DNA of 32,000 bases from Propionibacterium ruminifibrarum (GCF_900289195.1 NZ_OMOH01000001.1:30001-62000), one strand, 5' to 3'. Positions 1 to 9,215 are shown, counted from the stretch's first letter. Numbers and translations are program-made. Notes: generated by a model from the letters alone, not told the origin.

Positions 1-1
1 C

Positions 2-370
2 TTCCAGAACGAGGACGGCGACATCATCGGCGCCCCGACCTTCGCGCCCTTCCTCGTGCTCATCATCGTGAGCCTGTTCGTCTTCGCCAAGCAGTCGGGC
101 ACGGTCACCTGGGTCCTTGTCGCCGAGATCTTCCCCAGCAAGATCCGCGGCACTGCCATGGGCCTGGCCGTCGGCGCGCTGTGGATCGCCAACGCCATCG
201 TCTCGGCCGTCTTCCCGATCATGATGAAGGGCCTGGGCGGTGCCCTGACCTACCTCATCTTCGCCCTGGTCAACGTGCTCTCGCTCATCTTCTACATCAA
301 GTTCGTCCCCGAGACGAAGTACGACTCCCTGGAGGAACTCGAGGAGCGCTTCGAGAAGGAGTACAGCTGA
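2..370 (+). CDS. MFS sugar-porter family transporter, C-terminal part (5' end lies outside the window); plausible inositol transporter given its neighbours
   Basis: The frame is open from the window edge to TGA at 368-370. The tail ...WVLVAEIFPSKIRGTAMGLAVGALWIANAIV...FVPETKYDSLEELEERF carries sugar-porter signatures (FP-x-x-x-RG and PETK-x-x-SLEE). It lies next to the iol catabolic genes. Confidence 0.8.
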   Translation, partial: FQNEDGDIIGAPTFAPFLVLIIVSLFVFAKQSGTVTWVLVAEIFPSKIRGTAMGLAVGALWIANAIVSAVFPIMMKGLGGALTYLIFALVNVLSLIFYIKFVPETKYDSLEELEERFEKEYS

Positions 371-412
371 CGGTACTGGCCTGACCCGGGTCTGACCGCC
401 CGAGCGCAATCG

Positions 413-447
413 GTTCGCCCCGTGTCCCCGAGGGACACGGGGCGAAC
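413..447 (+). terminator. Stem-loop about 42 nt after the transporter stop, candidate intrinsic terminator
   Basis: Perfect 16-bp stem, gttcgccccgtgtccc / gggacacggggcgaac, with a 3-nt loop (cga). No U-tract follows, which is common in high-G+C actinobacteria. Confidence 0.5.
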
Positions 448-618
448 TCGTCCCATCGCCGCCACGAGGTCGCTCGCGTGGGCCCGCTGGGCCCACCGCT
501 GCCGGGACGGAACCGCCGCCGGTGACGCACACGTTGGGCGCGGTGGTCCCTCTTCCCGGCGCATCGGGGCGACGAATCGCTCGCAAGGCCGTCCGCGGGC
601 GAGTTCTCGCCGACGGGC

Positions 619-1598
619 TCACGCCGCGCGTGGCGGTGAGGTCGAACCGCGGGCGACCAGGTGAGGCGTGAGGCAGTGCCTCTGGCGTCTCCTGTGGGTC
701 ATCCTGCGCGATCTGCGCGAGAACACATCGACGGCGAGGACGTCCTGGTGTGCGGCGTTCTGGTTGACTGACGTGAGATCCCATCCGGGCGGCGATGACG
801 GTGTCGTCGTGGCTGACGACCGAGACATCGCGGGGCACCGACAGCCCGTGCTGAGACAACGCGTTGAGGGCCCCATGGCCTGGACATCGTTGCGCAGAAG
901 ATCGCGGTGGGCAGCCGTCCCTCATCGATGAGGCCAGCGGTCGCATCGGCGGCCCCATCGGCAGTGACAGGGGAGAACACCACACGGCCCCGCAAGCCGC
1001 GATTGGCCATGGGCAGACCGGAAACCTGCGGCGCGTTCCTCATAGGGAATGTCGGCGGGCAGGGCCAAGTGGACGATGTCACGGTGTACGAGCCCCGCAA
1101 GATGGTCGACGGCCGGCTCAGCCCCTCAGCGGGTCGTTGCAGTAGATGCTGGTGACCCCGTTCATCTCGATCTTCCGGGTGACTGCGACCACGGGCAGCG
1201 AGTTGACGGCGGCCCCGAGGGCCGTCGTCAACCCGGCATGACCCGCCAGGACGATCCCGTCGGGCCTCAGGGTGACAAGGTCACGCAGCCTGCGGTCCTC
1301 CCAGGCGATGTCGAAACCGCCCTGCATGACGATGACCCGGTGACCCTGTTCGCGCACAAGACCGGCAAGACTCTCGAAGACATCGATGAAGACCGGGTTG
1401 GCCAGCGATTGTGCCAGGAAACCGATGATGCAGTGCGAGCGATTGCCGGCCGATGAGGTGGCGATCTGGTTGCTGAGGTAACCGAACGAGGTCACCGCCT
1501 CGAGGATCTTCTGGCGCTTTCGGCCGCGACGTGTTCGAAACCGCCTGGTCAGCGAGACGGGCGGCCGTGACACGCCGTCGGTGCGTTCCCGTCAACAT
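619..1598 (-). pseudogene. LacI-family transcriptional regulator, decayed by multiple frameshifts
   Basis: LacI-like segments are scattered over all three minus-strand frames. In order they are: MLTGTHRRRVTAARLADQAVSNTSR (HTH); RQKILEAVTSFGYLSNQIA...IGFLAQSLANPVF...IYCNDPL (ORF 1118..1573); GAEPAVDHLAGLVHRDIVHLALPADIPYEERAAGFRSAHG; RVVFSPVTADGAADATAGLIDEGRLPTAIFC; NDVQAMG; ALNALSQHGLSVPRDVSVVSHDD; LTSVNQNAAHQ; HLVARGSTSPP followed by the stop at 619. At least 6 frame changes are needed to join them. Confidence 0.75.
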
Positions 1599-1629
1599 CC
1601 GAGCGAGAGCAGCTGTCCGGCCGCGAGAA

Positions 1630-1672
1630 AAGGGTGGTGGCCCACGGCGTCGTGCCGTGGGCCACCACCCTT
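1630..1672 (-). terminator. Intrinsic terminator-like hairpin downstream of iolA/mmsA
   Basis: Perfect 19-bp stem, aagggtggtggcccacggc / gccgtgggccaccaccctt, with a 5-nt loop. On the minus strand it is followed by TTTCTC. It sits about 58 nt after the stop at 1730. Confidence 0.6.
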
Positions 1673-1729
1673 GGAGAGTCACTCACCCGGCCCTCAGGTG
1701 TGCTCATCGGGCCGGAAGCGACAGGGACG

Positions 1730-3223
1730 TCACTCCTCGCGCTGGAAGGACATCGTCGCCGCGTAGGTCTTCTCAGAAGGCCAGCGAGAGGTGATCGCCT
1801 TGGCGCGGGTGTAGAACTTGACGCCCTCGGGGCCATGGATGTGGGTGTCGCCGAGCAGCGACTCCTTCCAGCCGCCGAAGGAGTAGTAGGCGACCGGGGT
1901 CGGAATCGGCACGTTGACGCCGACCATGCCGGCCTCGGTGTCCAGCGTGAAGCGGCGGGCGACGCCACCGTCGTTCGTGAAGATCGCCGAACCGTTGCCG
2001 TAGGGCGAGGCGTTGACGATCTTGATGGCCTCGTCGTAGTTGTCGGCGTGGACGATGGTCAGGACCGGGCCGAACACCTCCTCGGTGTAGGCCGGGGCAT
2101 CGAGCGGCACGTCGTCGATGATGGTCGGGCCGAGGAAGTGGCCGTTCTCGTGCCCCGGGATCACCAGGGAACGCCCGTCGAGCACCACATTGGCGCCCCG
2201 CTGCTCGGCGTCGTCGATGAGACCGGTGATGCGCTGCTTGGCCTTCGCATCGATGACCGGGCCCATCTCGACGCCCTCGTCCATGCCGTAACCGACCTTG
2301 ATCTTCTCGGCGTTGGCCTTGACCCGCTGGGCCAGGTCCGGGCCGATGCCGCCCACGGCGACGACGACCGGCAGCGCCATGCAGCGCTCACCGGCGGCGC
2401 CGAAGGCGGCGGCCGAGATGTGCTGGGCGGCGAAGTCCAGATCGGCGTCGGGCATGACGATCGCATGGTTGTTTGCCCCGCCGAGCGCCTGGACGCGCTT
2501 GCCGTGCGCCACGCCCGTGTCCTGGATGATGTGCGCCACCGGTGTCGACCCGACGAAGGAGATCGCGTTGATACCAGGGTGCTCCAGGATCTGGGTGACC
2601 ATGTCACGCCGGCCGGCCACGACGTTGAAGACGCCGTCGGGCAGACCGGCCTCCTTGTAGAGCTGTGCCGTGAGCAGGGACGCGGAGGGCGTCGGCGATG
2701 CCGGCTTGAGGATGAACGCGTTGCCGGTGGCGATGGCCAGCGGGTGCATCCACATCGGGACCATGGCCGGGAAGTTGAAGGGGCAGATGCCGGCGACGAC
2801 GCCGACCGGCTGGCGCAGCGTGTGGATGTCGACGCCGGTGGAGATGTCGTAGGAGTACTCGCCCTTGAGGGCCACATTGATGGCGGTCGCGAAGTCGAGG
2901 GTCTCACGGCCCCGCTGGATCTCGCCGATGGCATCGGAGTAGTTCTTGCCGTGCTCGGCGACGATCAGCTCGGCCATCTCGTCCTGGTGGTCCAGGACCA
3001 GCTGGCGCATGCGGAACATGATCTCGACGCGCTTGGCCAGGGAGAACTTCGCCCACTTCTTCTGGGCCTCGGTGGCCACCTCGACGGCATGGTCGAGATC
3101 GGCCGCCGAGGCCTGGAGCAGCTCCGCCTCGACCTCACCGGTTCCGGGGTTCTCGACGGGGATGCGCCCCGCCGGCGTGCCGGTGTACGGCGCACCATTG
3201 ATCCAGTGCTCAATCGTCTTCAT
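1730..3223 (-). CDS. iolA: CoA-acylating methylmalonate-semialdehyde / malonate-semialdehyde dehydrogenase
   Basis: 497-aa aldehyde dehydrogenase beginning MKTIEHWINGAPY, with ICPFNFPAMVPMWM, FVGSTPVA and GERCMA motifs typical of MmsA/IolA. The start was moved to ATG 3223, which has a GAGGAG RBS 9 nt upstream. The ORF-track start at 3295 adds a non-homologous extension. Confidence 0.93.
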   Translation of the reverse strand: MKTIEHWINGAPYTGTPAGRIPVENPGTGEVEAELLQASAADLDHAVEVATEAQKKWAKFSLAKRVEIMFRMRQLVLDHQDEMAELIVAEHGKNYSDAIGEIQRGRETLDFATAINVALKGEYSYDISTGVDIHTLRQPVGVVAGICPFNFPAMVPMWMHPLAIATGNAFILKPASPTPSASLLTAQLYKEAGLPDGVFNVVAGRRDMVTQILEHPGINAISFVGSTPVAHIIQDTGVAHGKRVQALGGANNHAIVMPDADLDFAAQHISAAAFGAAGERCMALPVVVAVGGIGPDLAQRVKANAEKIKVGYGMDEGVEMGPVIDAKAKQRITGLIDDAEQRGANVVLDGRSLVIPGHENGHFLGPTIIDDVPLDAPAYTEEVFGPVLTIVHADNYDEAIKIVNASPYGNGSAIFTNDGGVARRFTLDTEAGMVGVNVPIPTPVAYYSFGGWKESLLGDTHIHGPEGVKFYTRAKAITSRWPSEKTYAATMSFQREE

Positions 3224-3398
3224 TGTCCGTGAACTCCTCTGGAGTGTGTTTGTGTGTATGAGCGAGTGATCGGCGGCCGGGCGTCGCCCGGCCACCCACG
3301 GGCCACCCTTCGGACCCTGTCTGGGGGCAGATGGATGTCACTCGCCACCCGTTGGTCAGTTTACCCTGCGCTGTTCGATTTGTAACCCATCACTCGAT

Positions 3399-3414
3399 AT
3401 TTGTTCTAACAAAT
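3399..3414. promoter_or_regulatory. Operator-like 16-bp perfect palindrome ATTTGTTCTAACAAAT upstream of iolA
   Basis: 7-bp arms with a CT centre, located 176 nt upstream of the iolA ATG in a 293-bp intergenic gap. It has the same architecture as HutC/DasR-type operators (TGGTCTAGACCA-like). Related copies occur at 8320 and 10505. A possible minus-strand promoter, TTACAA-N16-TAAACT, lies just downstream. Confidence 0.45.
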
Positions 3415-3516
3415 GATCGTCCTTGTGGGTGCCTTGTCCTGGAATGCGAGAGGGCCCGCGGCCCAGTCCGGTGGGGACTGTGGCGCGGGTCCTCCCGCAT
3501 CGGTGGCGGCCGCTTC

Positions 3517-5418
3517 TCACAGGTAGTGGCGCTGCGGTGCGCGGTCGCGCAGGTAGTCCTGGTAGGCCTCCTGCGTGCTCTCGATGCGCGAGACCTGGGA
3601 GACGGGCACGTCCCACCAGGACGAGCCGGGCGGGTTCGGGCCGTACAGATCGGTCTCGATGTGGATCATCGTCGGACGGTCGGACTCGGTGGCCCGGCGG
3701 TAGGCGTCCTTGAACTCATCGATGCCGTGCGCCTCGATGACGTCGATGCCCCACGAGCGGGCGTTGGCGGCGATGTCGACGTCGAGCAGCTTGCCATCGG
3801 CCGTGTGCGAGGCCCCGGCGCCGCCCTGACGGTAGCGGGTGCCGAAACGCTGGGAGCCACGCGACTCCGACAGCGAACCGATCGAGGAGAAGCCGTAGTT
3901 CTGCAGCAGCACGTAGATGACCTTGATGCCCTCCTGGGCGACCGTGGCCAGTTCCATCGGGAGCATCTGGTAGGTGCCGTCACCGACGATCGAGACGACC
4001 TCGGAGTCGGGCAGCGCGAGCTTGACGCCCATCGCCGCCGGGATCTCGTAACCCATGCATGAGAAGGCGTACTCAACGTGGTACTGGACCGGGGTGCGGG
4101 CACGCCACAGCGCCTGCAGGTCGCCGGGCATGGACCCGGCGGCGTTGATGACGACGTCCTCGTCACCCATGAGCTCGTTCAGGGCGCCGAAGACCTCGGT
4201 CTGGGCCGGCAGCGGACCATGGCCGAGGTGGTAGCACTCGTCCACCCGCTTGTCCCACGCCGCCTTCTCCTGGGCGATCTCAGCGGCGTACTCGCTGCTG
4301 ACCGAGTAGCCGTCAAGAGCCTCGGTCAGCGCGGTGAGGGTCTCGCGGGCATCCGCCACGAGCATCTCGCCGCTGTTCTTGACGGCGTCGAAGGCCTTGA
4401 CGTTGATGTTGACGAAACGCACGTCCGGGTTCTTGAACTGCGTCCGTGAGGCCGTCGTGAAGTCGGAGTAGCGCGTGCCCACGCCGATGACCAGGTCGGT
4501 CTTGTCGGCGATGTGGTTGCCCGAGTCACCGCCGGTCGACCCGACGCCGCCGATCGACTGGGGGTGGTCGAAGTTGATGGCGCCCTTGCCCGCCTGGGTG
4601 TCGGCGACCGGGATGCCGGTCGCGGTGGCGAACTGTCGCAGCTGCTCGGAGGCCTCGGAGTAGATGGCGCCGCCACCGGCGATGACCATCGGTCGCTTCG
4701 AGGCCTTGATGAGCTCCACCGCGCGCTCGAGGGAGGCGGGGTCGACGGGTGTGCGGCGCACGTGCCACACGCGCTTGCGGAACATCTCGACGGGGAAGTC
4801 GAAGGCCTCCGCCTGGACGTCCTGCGGCATCGCCAGGACGACCGCACCGGTGTCGGCCGGGTCGGTCAGGGTGCGCATCGCCTGCATGAGCGAGGGCAAC
4901 AGCTGCTCGGGGCGGTTGATGCGGTCGAAGAAGGCCGAGACCGGGCGGAACGCATCATTGCACGTGGTGTCGAGGGTCTGGGCGTTCTCGATCTGCTGCA
5001 GGACCGGGTCGGGGTAGCGGGTGGAGAACTGGTCGGACGGGAAGAGCAGCACCGGGAGCCGGTTCGTCGTCGCCAGGGCCGCGCCCGTGACCATGTTGAG
5101 GGACCCCGGGCCGATGGACGCGGTGCACATCATCGTCTGCAGACGATTCGTGCTCTTCGCGTACGCGGATGCCGCGTGCACCTGGCCCTGCTCGTTGCGG
5201 GGCATGATGTAGGGCATCGAGCCGCCGTCCGGTTCGGGATCGAGTTCGTTCTGCAGCAGCGCCTGACCGATTCCGGCGACGTTGCCGTGCCCGAAGATGC
5301 CGAAGGCGCCGGCGATGAGGCGCTGTTCACGGCCGTCGCGCTCGGAGTACTGGTTGACGAGGAATCGGATGGTCGCCTGAGCCACCGTCAGACGAACCGT
5401 GGGTACGGGACTGGTCAT
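3517..5418 (-). CDS. iolD: 3D-(3,5/4)-trihydroxycyclohexane-1,2-dione acylhydrolase (ThDP-dependent)
   Basis: 633 aa. The N-terminus RLTVAQATIRFLVNQYSERDGREQRLIAGAFGIFGHGNVAGIGQAL and the ThDP-binding region GDGTYQMLPMELATV are typical of IolD. An AGGAGA RBS precedes ATG 5418. Confidence 0.93.
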   Translation of the reverse strand: MTSPVPTVRLTVAQATIRFLVNQYSERDGREQRLIAGAFGIFGHGNVAGIGQALLQNELDPEPDGGSMPYIMPRNEQGQVHAASAYAKSTNRLQTMMCTASIGPGSLNMVTGAALATTNRLPVLLFPSDQFSTRYPDPVLQQIENAQTLDTTCNDAFRPVSAFFDRINRPEQLLPSLMQAMRTLTDPADTGAVVLAMPQDVQAEAFDFPVEMFRKRVWHVRRTPVDPASLERAVELIKASKRPMVIAGGGAIYSEASEQLRQFATATGIPVADTQAGKGAINFDHPQSIGGVGSTGGDSGNHIADKTDLVIGVGTRYSDFTTASRTQFKNPDVRFVNINVKAFDAVKNSGEMLVADARETLTALTEALDGYSVSSEYAAEIAQEKAAWDKRVDECYHLGHGPLPAQTEVFGALNELMGDEDVVINAAGSMPGDLQALWRARTPVQYHVEYAFSCMGYEIPAAMGVKLALPDSEVVSIVGDGTYQMLPMELATVAQEGIKVIYVLLQNYGFSSIGSLSESRGSQRFGTRYRQGGAGASHTADGKLLDVDIAANARSWGIDVIEAHGIDEFKDAYRRATESDRPTMIHIETDLYGPNPPGSSWWDVPVSQVSRIESTQEAYQDYLRDRAPQRHYL

Positions 5419-5475
5419 TGTTTCTCCTGCTCGGGACGCGAACGATGGTGGTCGCGTCGGGTTTTCGATGGGGTG

Positions 5476-6354
5476 TCAGTTCATCGGTGTCATCGGCAGC
5501 CTGGGGTCGACCTCCTGGGTCTGCCAGGACTGACGGATCCAGGTGTGGTGGGGGTCATCGGTCATCAGCCAGACCGAGTCCTCGGCCGGGCCGGCCATGA
5601 CGTTGAGGTAGTAGAGATCGTAGCCGGGCGCTGCCACGGAGGGGCCGTGGTAGCCGTAGGGCATGACGACGATGTCGCCGCTGCGCACCTCGGTGCACAC
5701 GTCGATCTCGTGGCCGGGGGACGGGTAGATCCGCTGCAGGGCGAAGCCCGGCTCGGCGCCCTCGTTGCCGGGGCGCACCTCGTAGTAGTAGATCTCCTCG
5801 AGGACCCGCTCGACGTCGTTGTGCTCGTCGTGCTTGTGCGGGGGATAGGAGGACCAGTTGCCGCCCGGGGTCAGGACCTCGCACGCCAGGAGGTGAGAGG
5901 TCTCCACGTCATTGCCCAGCGCGTAGTTGTTCACCTGGCGAGAGGACGGACCGGCTCCGCGCAGTCCCGTACCGACCTCGTCGCGTCCGCAGTAGCGCAC
6001 GGGCAGGTCCCTCGTCGCCTTGGCGCCGGGCAGGGCGACGCGTGCGCCCTTGTCGCTGGACAGGGCGATGTCGGTGGCGCGCGGAATGTACATGTAGTCC
6101 GTGATGTCGGTGAACACGGACTCCCGGCCGCTGATCTCGTAGGAGCGGCCATTGACCTCGACGGTACAGCCGCCCGAGAGGGGCAGCACGAGGAACTCCG
6201 CCTCGCCGCCGGGCACGTGGACGTCCTGGCCCGGTGCCAGGTTCAGTACGCGCAGGGAGGACCATTCCCAGCCTGCGCGCTCAGGATCCAGGTCGGTCTC
6301 GTACGCATCATGGGCGAGCTGACCCGAGCGGATGATGTACTTCTCTTCGTTCAC
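5476..6354 (-). CDS. iolB: 5-deoxy-glucuronate isomerase
   Basis: GNWSSYPPHKHD and YYLNVMAGP motifs match IolB. The start was set to GTG 6354, which overlaps the upstream TGA (GTGA coupling). The 38-codon extension in the ORF track overlaps the upstream gene. Confidence 0.9.
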   Translation of the reverse strand: MNEEKYIIRSGQLAHDAYETDLDPERAGWEWSSLRVLNLAPGQDVHVPGGEAEFLVLPLSGGCTVEVNGRSYEISGRESVFTDITDYMYIPRATDIALSSDKGARVALPGAKATRDLPVRYCGRDEVGTGLRGAGPSSRQVNNYALGNDVETSHLLACEVLTPGGNWSSYPPHKHDEHNDVERVLEEIYYYEVRPGNEGAEPGFALQRIYPSPGHEIDVCTEVRSGDIVVMPYGYHGPSVAAPGYDLYYLNVMAGPAEDSVWLMTDDPHHTWIRQSWQTQEVDPRLPMTPMN

Positions 6355-7226
6355 AGCAACTCCACTGCATTGTCGACGGCCGCCTCGACGTTGTCGTCCG
6401 GCGGATAGAGCAGGGACCGGCCGATGACCAGGCCCCTGACGTTGGGCAGGGCCAGGGCCCTGCCCCATGAGGCCCGCGCGGCCTCGGGATTCTCGGAGAC
6501 CTCACCACCGAGGATGAGACTGGGCAGGGTGGTGGACTCCATGACGCGATCCATGTCCGCCACGCTCGGCAGCTTCAACCAGGTGTGCGCCGAGCTGTGA
6601 CCGAGCCCCTGGGCCACCGCGATCGAGCGGATGACCGCGTCGGTGGACAGGTCGTTGACGACACGTCCGTCCTCACGACGCGAGATGAAGGGCTCGATCA
6701 TGGCGTTGAGTCCCCGGTCCGCCAGCGCATCGATGGCATGAGCGCTTGCCTCGAGAGTCCTGGCAGTGGCCGGGTCGTCGTAGTCGATCCTGGTGAGCAT
6801 CTTGCCGCCGTTGAGCCCCGCGGTGACGATGCCCCTGGCGTCGTATCCCCCGAAACGGTCATCGATCTCGAATGCCGCCCCCTGCAGGCCGATCCGGTTC
6901 ATGGACCCCCACACGAGCTTGCCGTCGAGAGCCCCGAGCAGGGCGAGGTCCTCGATGAGATCGGCGGAACCCAGGAAACCATTGACACCGGGGCGGGACA
7001 GCGCTGTGACGCAGCGCCGCAGCAGATCCTCGCGCGAGGCCATCGCCATGGGATCGGAGCCGGCGCCGAGTGCACCCCGGGCGGGATGGTCGCAGGCGAT
7101 GACGAGGAGCCGGTTGGTGGCGGCCAGATCAGCGCGCGGACGCAGGGCGAGGGCGCGGGAGATTCGTTCCGGCTCGCTCGCCCTGATCTCGGCGAGCTGT
7201 TCAATCAGGATGCCCATCGGTCTCAC
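6351..7226 (-). CDS. TIM-barrel protein of the Cgl0159/DUF2090 type, putative 5-dehydro-2-deoxyphosphogluconate aldolase (functional analogue of IolJ)
   Basis: The 291-aa ORF is sandwiched between iolC and iolB and translationally coupled to both, with GTGA overlaps at 7223-7226 and 6351-6354. The family assignment is from memory of the domain fused to or adjacent to actinobacterial IolC. No class II aldolase IolJ is present in the window. An alternative start is ATG 7217. Confidence 0.6.
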   Translation of the reverse strand: MRPMGILIEQLAEIRASEPERISRALALRPRADLAATNRLLVIACDHPARGALGAGSDPMAMASREDLLRRCVTALSRPGVNGFLGSADLIEDLALLGALDGKLVWGSMNRIGLQGAAFEIDDRFGGYDARGIVTAGLNGGKMLTRIDYDDPATARTLEASAHAIDALADRGLNAMIEPFISRREDGRVVNDLSTDAVIRSIAVAQGLGHSSAHTWLKLPSVADMDRVMESTTLPSLILGGEVSENPEAARASWGRALALPNVRGLVIGRSLLYPPDDNVEAAVDNAVELL

Positions 7227-8245
7227 CTTTTCTCGATGACTGGCTGGATGTCGGGGTGCTCACTGATGGCGTGCTCGACCTCGTAGGAGGTCGGCATCGC
7301 GGTGGAGCACTCCAGGCGTGAGGCGACGATCGCGCCTGCCGTCGAGGCGAACTGTACGGCCCTGGCAAGGTCGAAACCCTCGAGGATCGCATGGCAGAAG
7401 GCGCCGCCGAAGGCATCCCCCGCTCCGAGGCCGTTGCAGACCTCGACGGGGGTGACGGGCATGACGATCCGCTCGGTGCGGGTCTTGGCGAGGGTCCCCA
7501 GGGGGCCCTGCTTGACGATGGCGATCTCCACTCCCCGGTCCAGGAGCGCGTCGGCGGCCCGATCGGGTTCGGTCTCGCCCACGGCGATGCGGCACTCCTC
7601 CTTGTTGCCGATCGCCACGTTGACCTTGCCGAGGACTCGCTCGACCTCACGAGTGGCGGTCTCCTCGTCCTGCCAGAACATCGGACGGTAGTCCAGGTCG
7701 GCGATGGTCCACTGACCGCGTTCGCGGGCGTCGAGCGCCGCGTGGTGCGCCGAGCGGGACGGTTCGACCGACAGACCGGTGACCGAGAACCAGAAGATCT
7801 TGGCGCTGCGCACGGCGTCGATGGGGATGTCCTGCTCCGTGAGCTCCAGGTCGGGCGCCTTGGGCTGGCGGTAGAAGTAGAGGGGGAAGTCGTCGGGCGG
7901 GAAGATCTCGCAGAAGGTCACGGGGGTGTTGTACTCCTCGTTGCGTACGACGAACTTGTCGGAGACGCCGAGTCTCCTCATCTCGCGACAGATGAATCGG
8001 CCGAATGGATCATCGCCCACCGCAGTGATCACCGCGGCGCGTGCGCCTTGGCGGGCGGCCGCCACCGCGACGTTCGTCGGGGAACCCCCGAGGAACTTGC
8101 CGAAGCTGGTCACGTCCTCGAGCCCGATCCCGGTCTGGAAGGGGTAGACGTCGATACCACTGCGTCCGATGGTGAGTAGATCGAGTTCGCCGTTCTCGGC
8201 GCCGGTCTGGTTGGACATCATTGTTCCGGAAAGACTGGACATCAT
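7223..8245 (-). CDS. iolC: 5-dehydro-2-deoxygluconokinase (PfkB family)
   Basis: 340-aa ribokinase-like protein with GGSPTNVAVAAARQG near the N-terminus and the NGLGAGDAFGGAF anion-hole motif near the C-terminus. It is the first gene of the iolC-aldolase-iolB-iolD string. An AAGGA RBS precedes ATG 8245/8242. Confidence 0.9.
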   Translation of the reverse strand: MMSSLSGTMMSNQTGAENGELDLLTIGRSGIDVYPFQTGIGLEDVTSFGKFLGGSPTNVAVAAARQGARAAVITAVGDDPFGRFICREMRRLGVSDKFVVRNEEYNTPVTFCEIFPPDDFPLYFYRQPKAPDLELTEQDIPIDAVRSAKIFWFSVTGLSVEPSRSAHHAALDARERGQWTIADLDYRPMFWQDEETATREVERVLGKVNVAIGNKEECRIAVGETEPDRAADALLDRGVEIAIVKQGPLGTLAKTRTERIVMPVTPVEVCNGLGAGDAFGGAFCHAILEGFDLARAVQFASTAGAIVASRLECSTAMPTSYEVEHAISEHPDIQPVIEKR

Positions 8246-8319
8246 CGTTCCTTCTCGTGAGTACGGGCGCTGCCCCGTACAGTTCTGAATCTATGCGGTC
8301 GGGAGGTCGAACGTCAATC

Positions 8320-8335
8320 TTTTGTCCTGACAAAT
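8320..8335. promoter_or_regulatory. Operator-like palindrome TTTTGTCCTGACAAAT in the iolC / GntR divergent intergenic region
   Basis: Inverted arms TTTGTC..GACAAA. 13 of 16 positions are identical to the 3399 site. It lies 75 nt upstream of iolC and about 104 nt upstream of the regulator ATG. Confidence 0.45.
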
Positions 8336-8438
8336 CAGCGCGGCTGCTGGGTTCAGGTGGGCGATGTACACTGCGATGGCTTGATGACACTCAGCGCGGT
8401 GGGCGGTGACCTGCCGGCGGCAACACCGAGGTGAGTCG

Positions 8439-9215
8439 ATGGAGGAGACCGACGGCACCGTGAATCTCGACGTGCCCTTCGTTCCGCAGATCGTGCTGGA
8501 TCGGGAGTCCGATGTCCCGCTGTACCAGCAGATCGCCCGGCCGATCGAGGAACTCATCCTGGCCGGTGAACTCGCTCCCGGCCGTCTCATCGAGGACGAG
8601 GTGTCCATGGCGAAGCGACTCCAGGTGTCGCGTCCCACGACCCGCAGGGCGCTGCGCGATCTCGTCACGAGAGGAATGCTCACCCGCCGCCGTGGCGTCG
8701 GCACCCGGGTGACCCCGATGCACGTGCGTCGTTCGCTGGGGCTGACCTCGCTCAACGACGATCTGGTCGCCGCCGGTTTCGCCCCCCGTACCGAGGTCCT
8801 GTTCTACGAGGTGATGCTCGCCGATGAGGAGGCGGCCCGCCGTCTGCACTGCGATGAGGGGACCGAGATCATCCAGGTGAGGAGGCTGCGCTTCATCGAG
8901 AACGAGCCGCTGGCCGTCATGACCAATCTGCTTCCCGCCGGGGCGAAGGCCCCCACCGTCACGCAGCTGTCCGGGCAGGGCCTCTACGAGAGCCTCGCCG
9001 CACACGGCATCCGCCCGGCCATGGCCCAGCAGTCCATCGGGGCGCGGCTCGCCTCCCCCGAGGAGGCGCGGCTGCTCGCCGTCGACGAGGGCGCCGCCGT
9101 GCTCGTCATGGAGAGGACCGCCTTCGACAAGGAGGGCAATGTCATCGAGTACGGCAACCACGTCTACAACAGCGGTCTGTACTCGTTCCAGTTCAACCTC
9201 GTCCAGGACGGCTGA
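8439..9215 (+). CDS. GntR/HutC-family transcriptional regulator (winged HTH plus UTRA domain), putative inositol repressor
   Basis: PLYQQIARPIEELILAGELAPGRLIEDEVSMAKRLQVSRPTTRRALRDLVTRGMLTRRRGVGTRV is a GntR HTH. The C-terminal half is UTRA-like. The gene is divergent from iolC. The preferred start is ATG 8439 (GAGGTG RBS); GTG 8406 is also possible. Confidence 0.85.
   Translation: MEETDGTVNLDVPFVPQIVLDRESDVPLYQQIARPIEELILAGELAPGRLIEDEVSMAKRLQVSRPTTRRALRDLVTRGMLTRRRGVGTRVTPMHVRRSLGLTSLNDDLVAAGFAPRTEVLFYEVMLADEEAARRLHCDEGTEIIQVRRLRFIENEPLAVMTNLLPAGAKAPTVTQLSGQGLYESLAAHGIRPAMAQQSIGARLASPEEARLLAVDEGAAVLVMERTAFDKEGNVIEYGNHVYNSGLYSFQFNLVQDG

Noticed and set aside
1634-3232. 532-aa plus-strand ORF opposite iolA. 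Similar shadow ORFs occur at 4513-6408, 8391-9860, 9139-10356, 13674-15647, 15703-17295, 17846-19519, 20151-21296 and 30614-31555.
   Set aside because: Each lies antisense to, or in an alternative frame of, a gene with strong family signatures. The translations are Arg/Gly/Asp/Val-rich with no motifs. These are high-G+C artefacts.
3224-3295. N-terminal extensions offered by the ORF track: iolA from 3295, iolB from 6468, the dehydrogenase from 10458, iolG from 12733, the DinB-like protein from 15539, hisI from 15476 and dnaE from 27065
   Set aside because: The extensions are non-homologous, often overlap upstream genes, and lack an RBS. Internal starts with good Shine-Dalgarno sequences match family N-termini.
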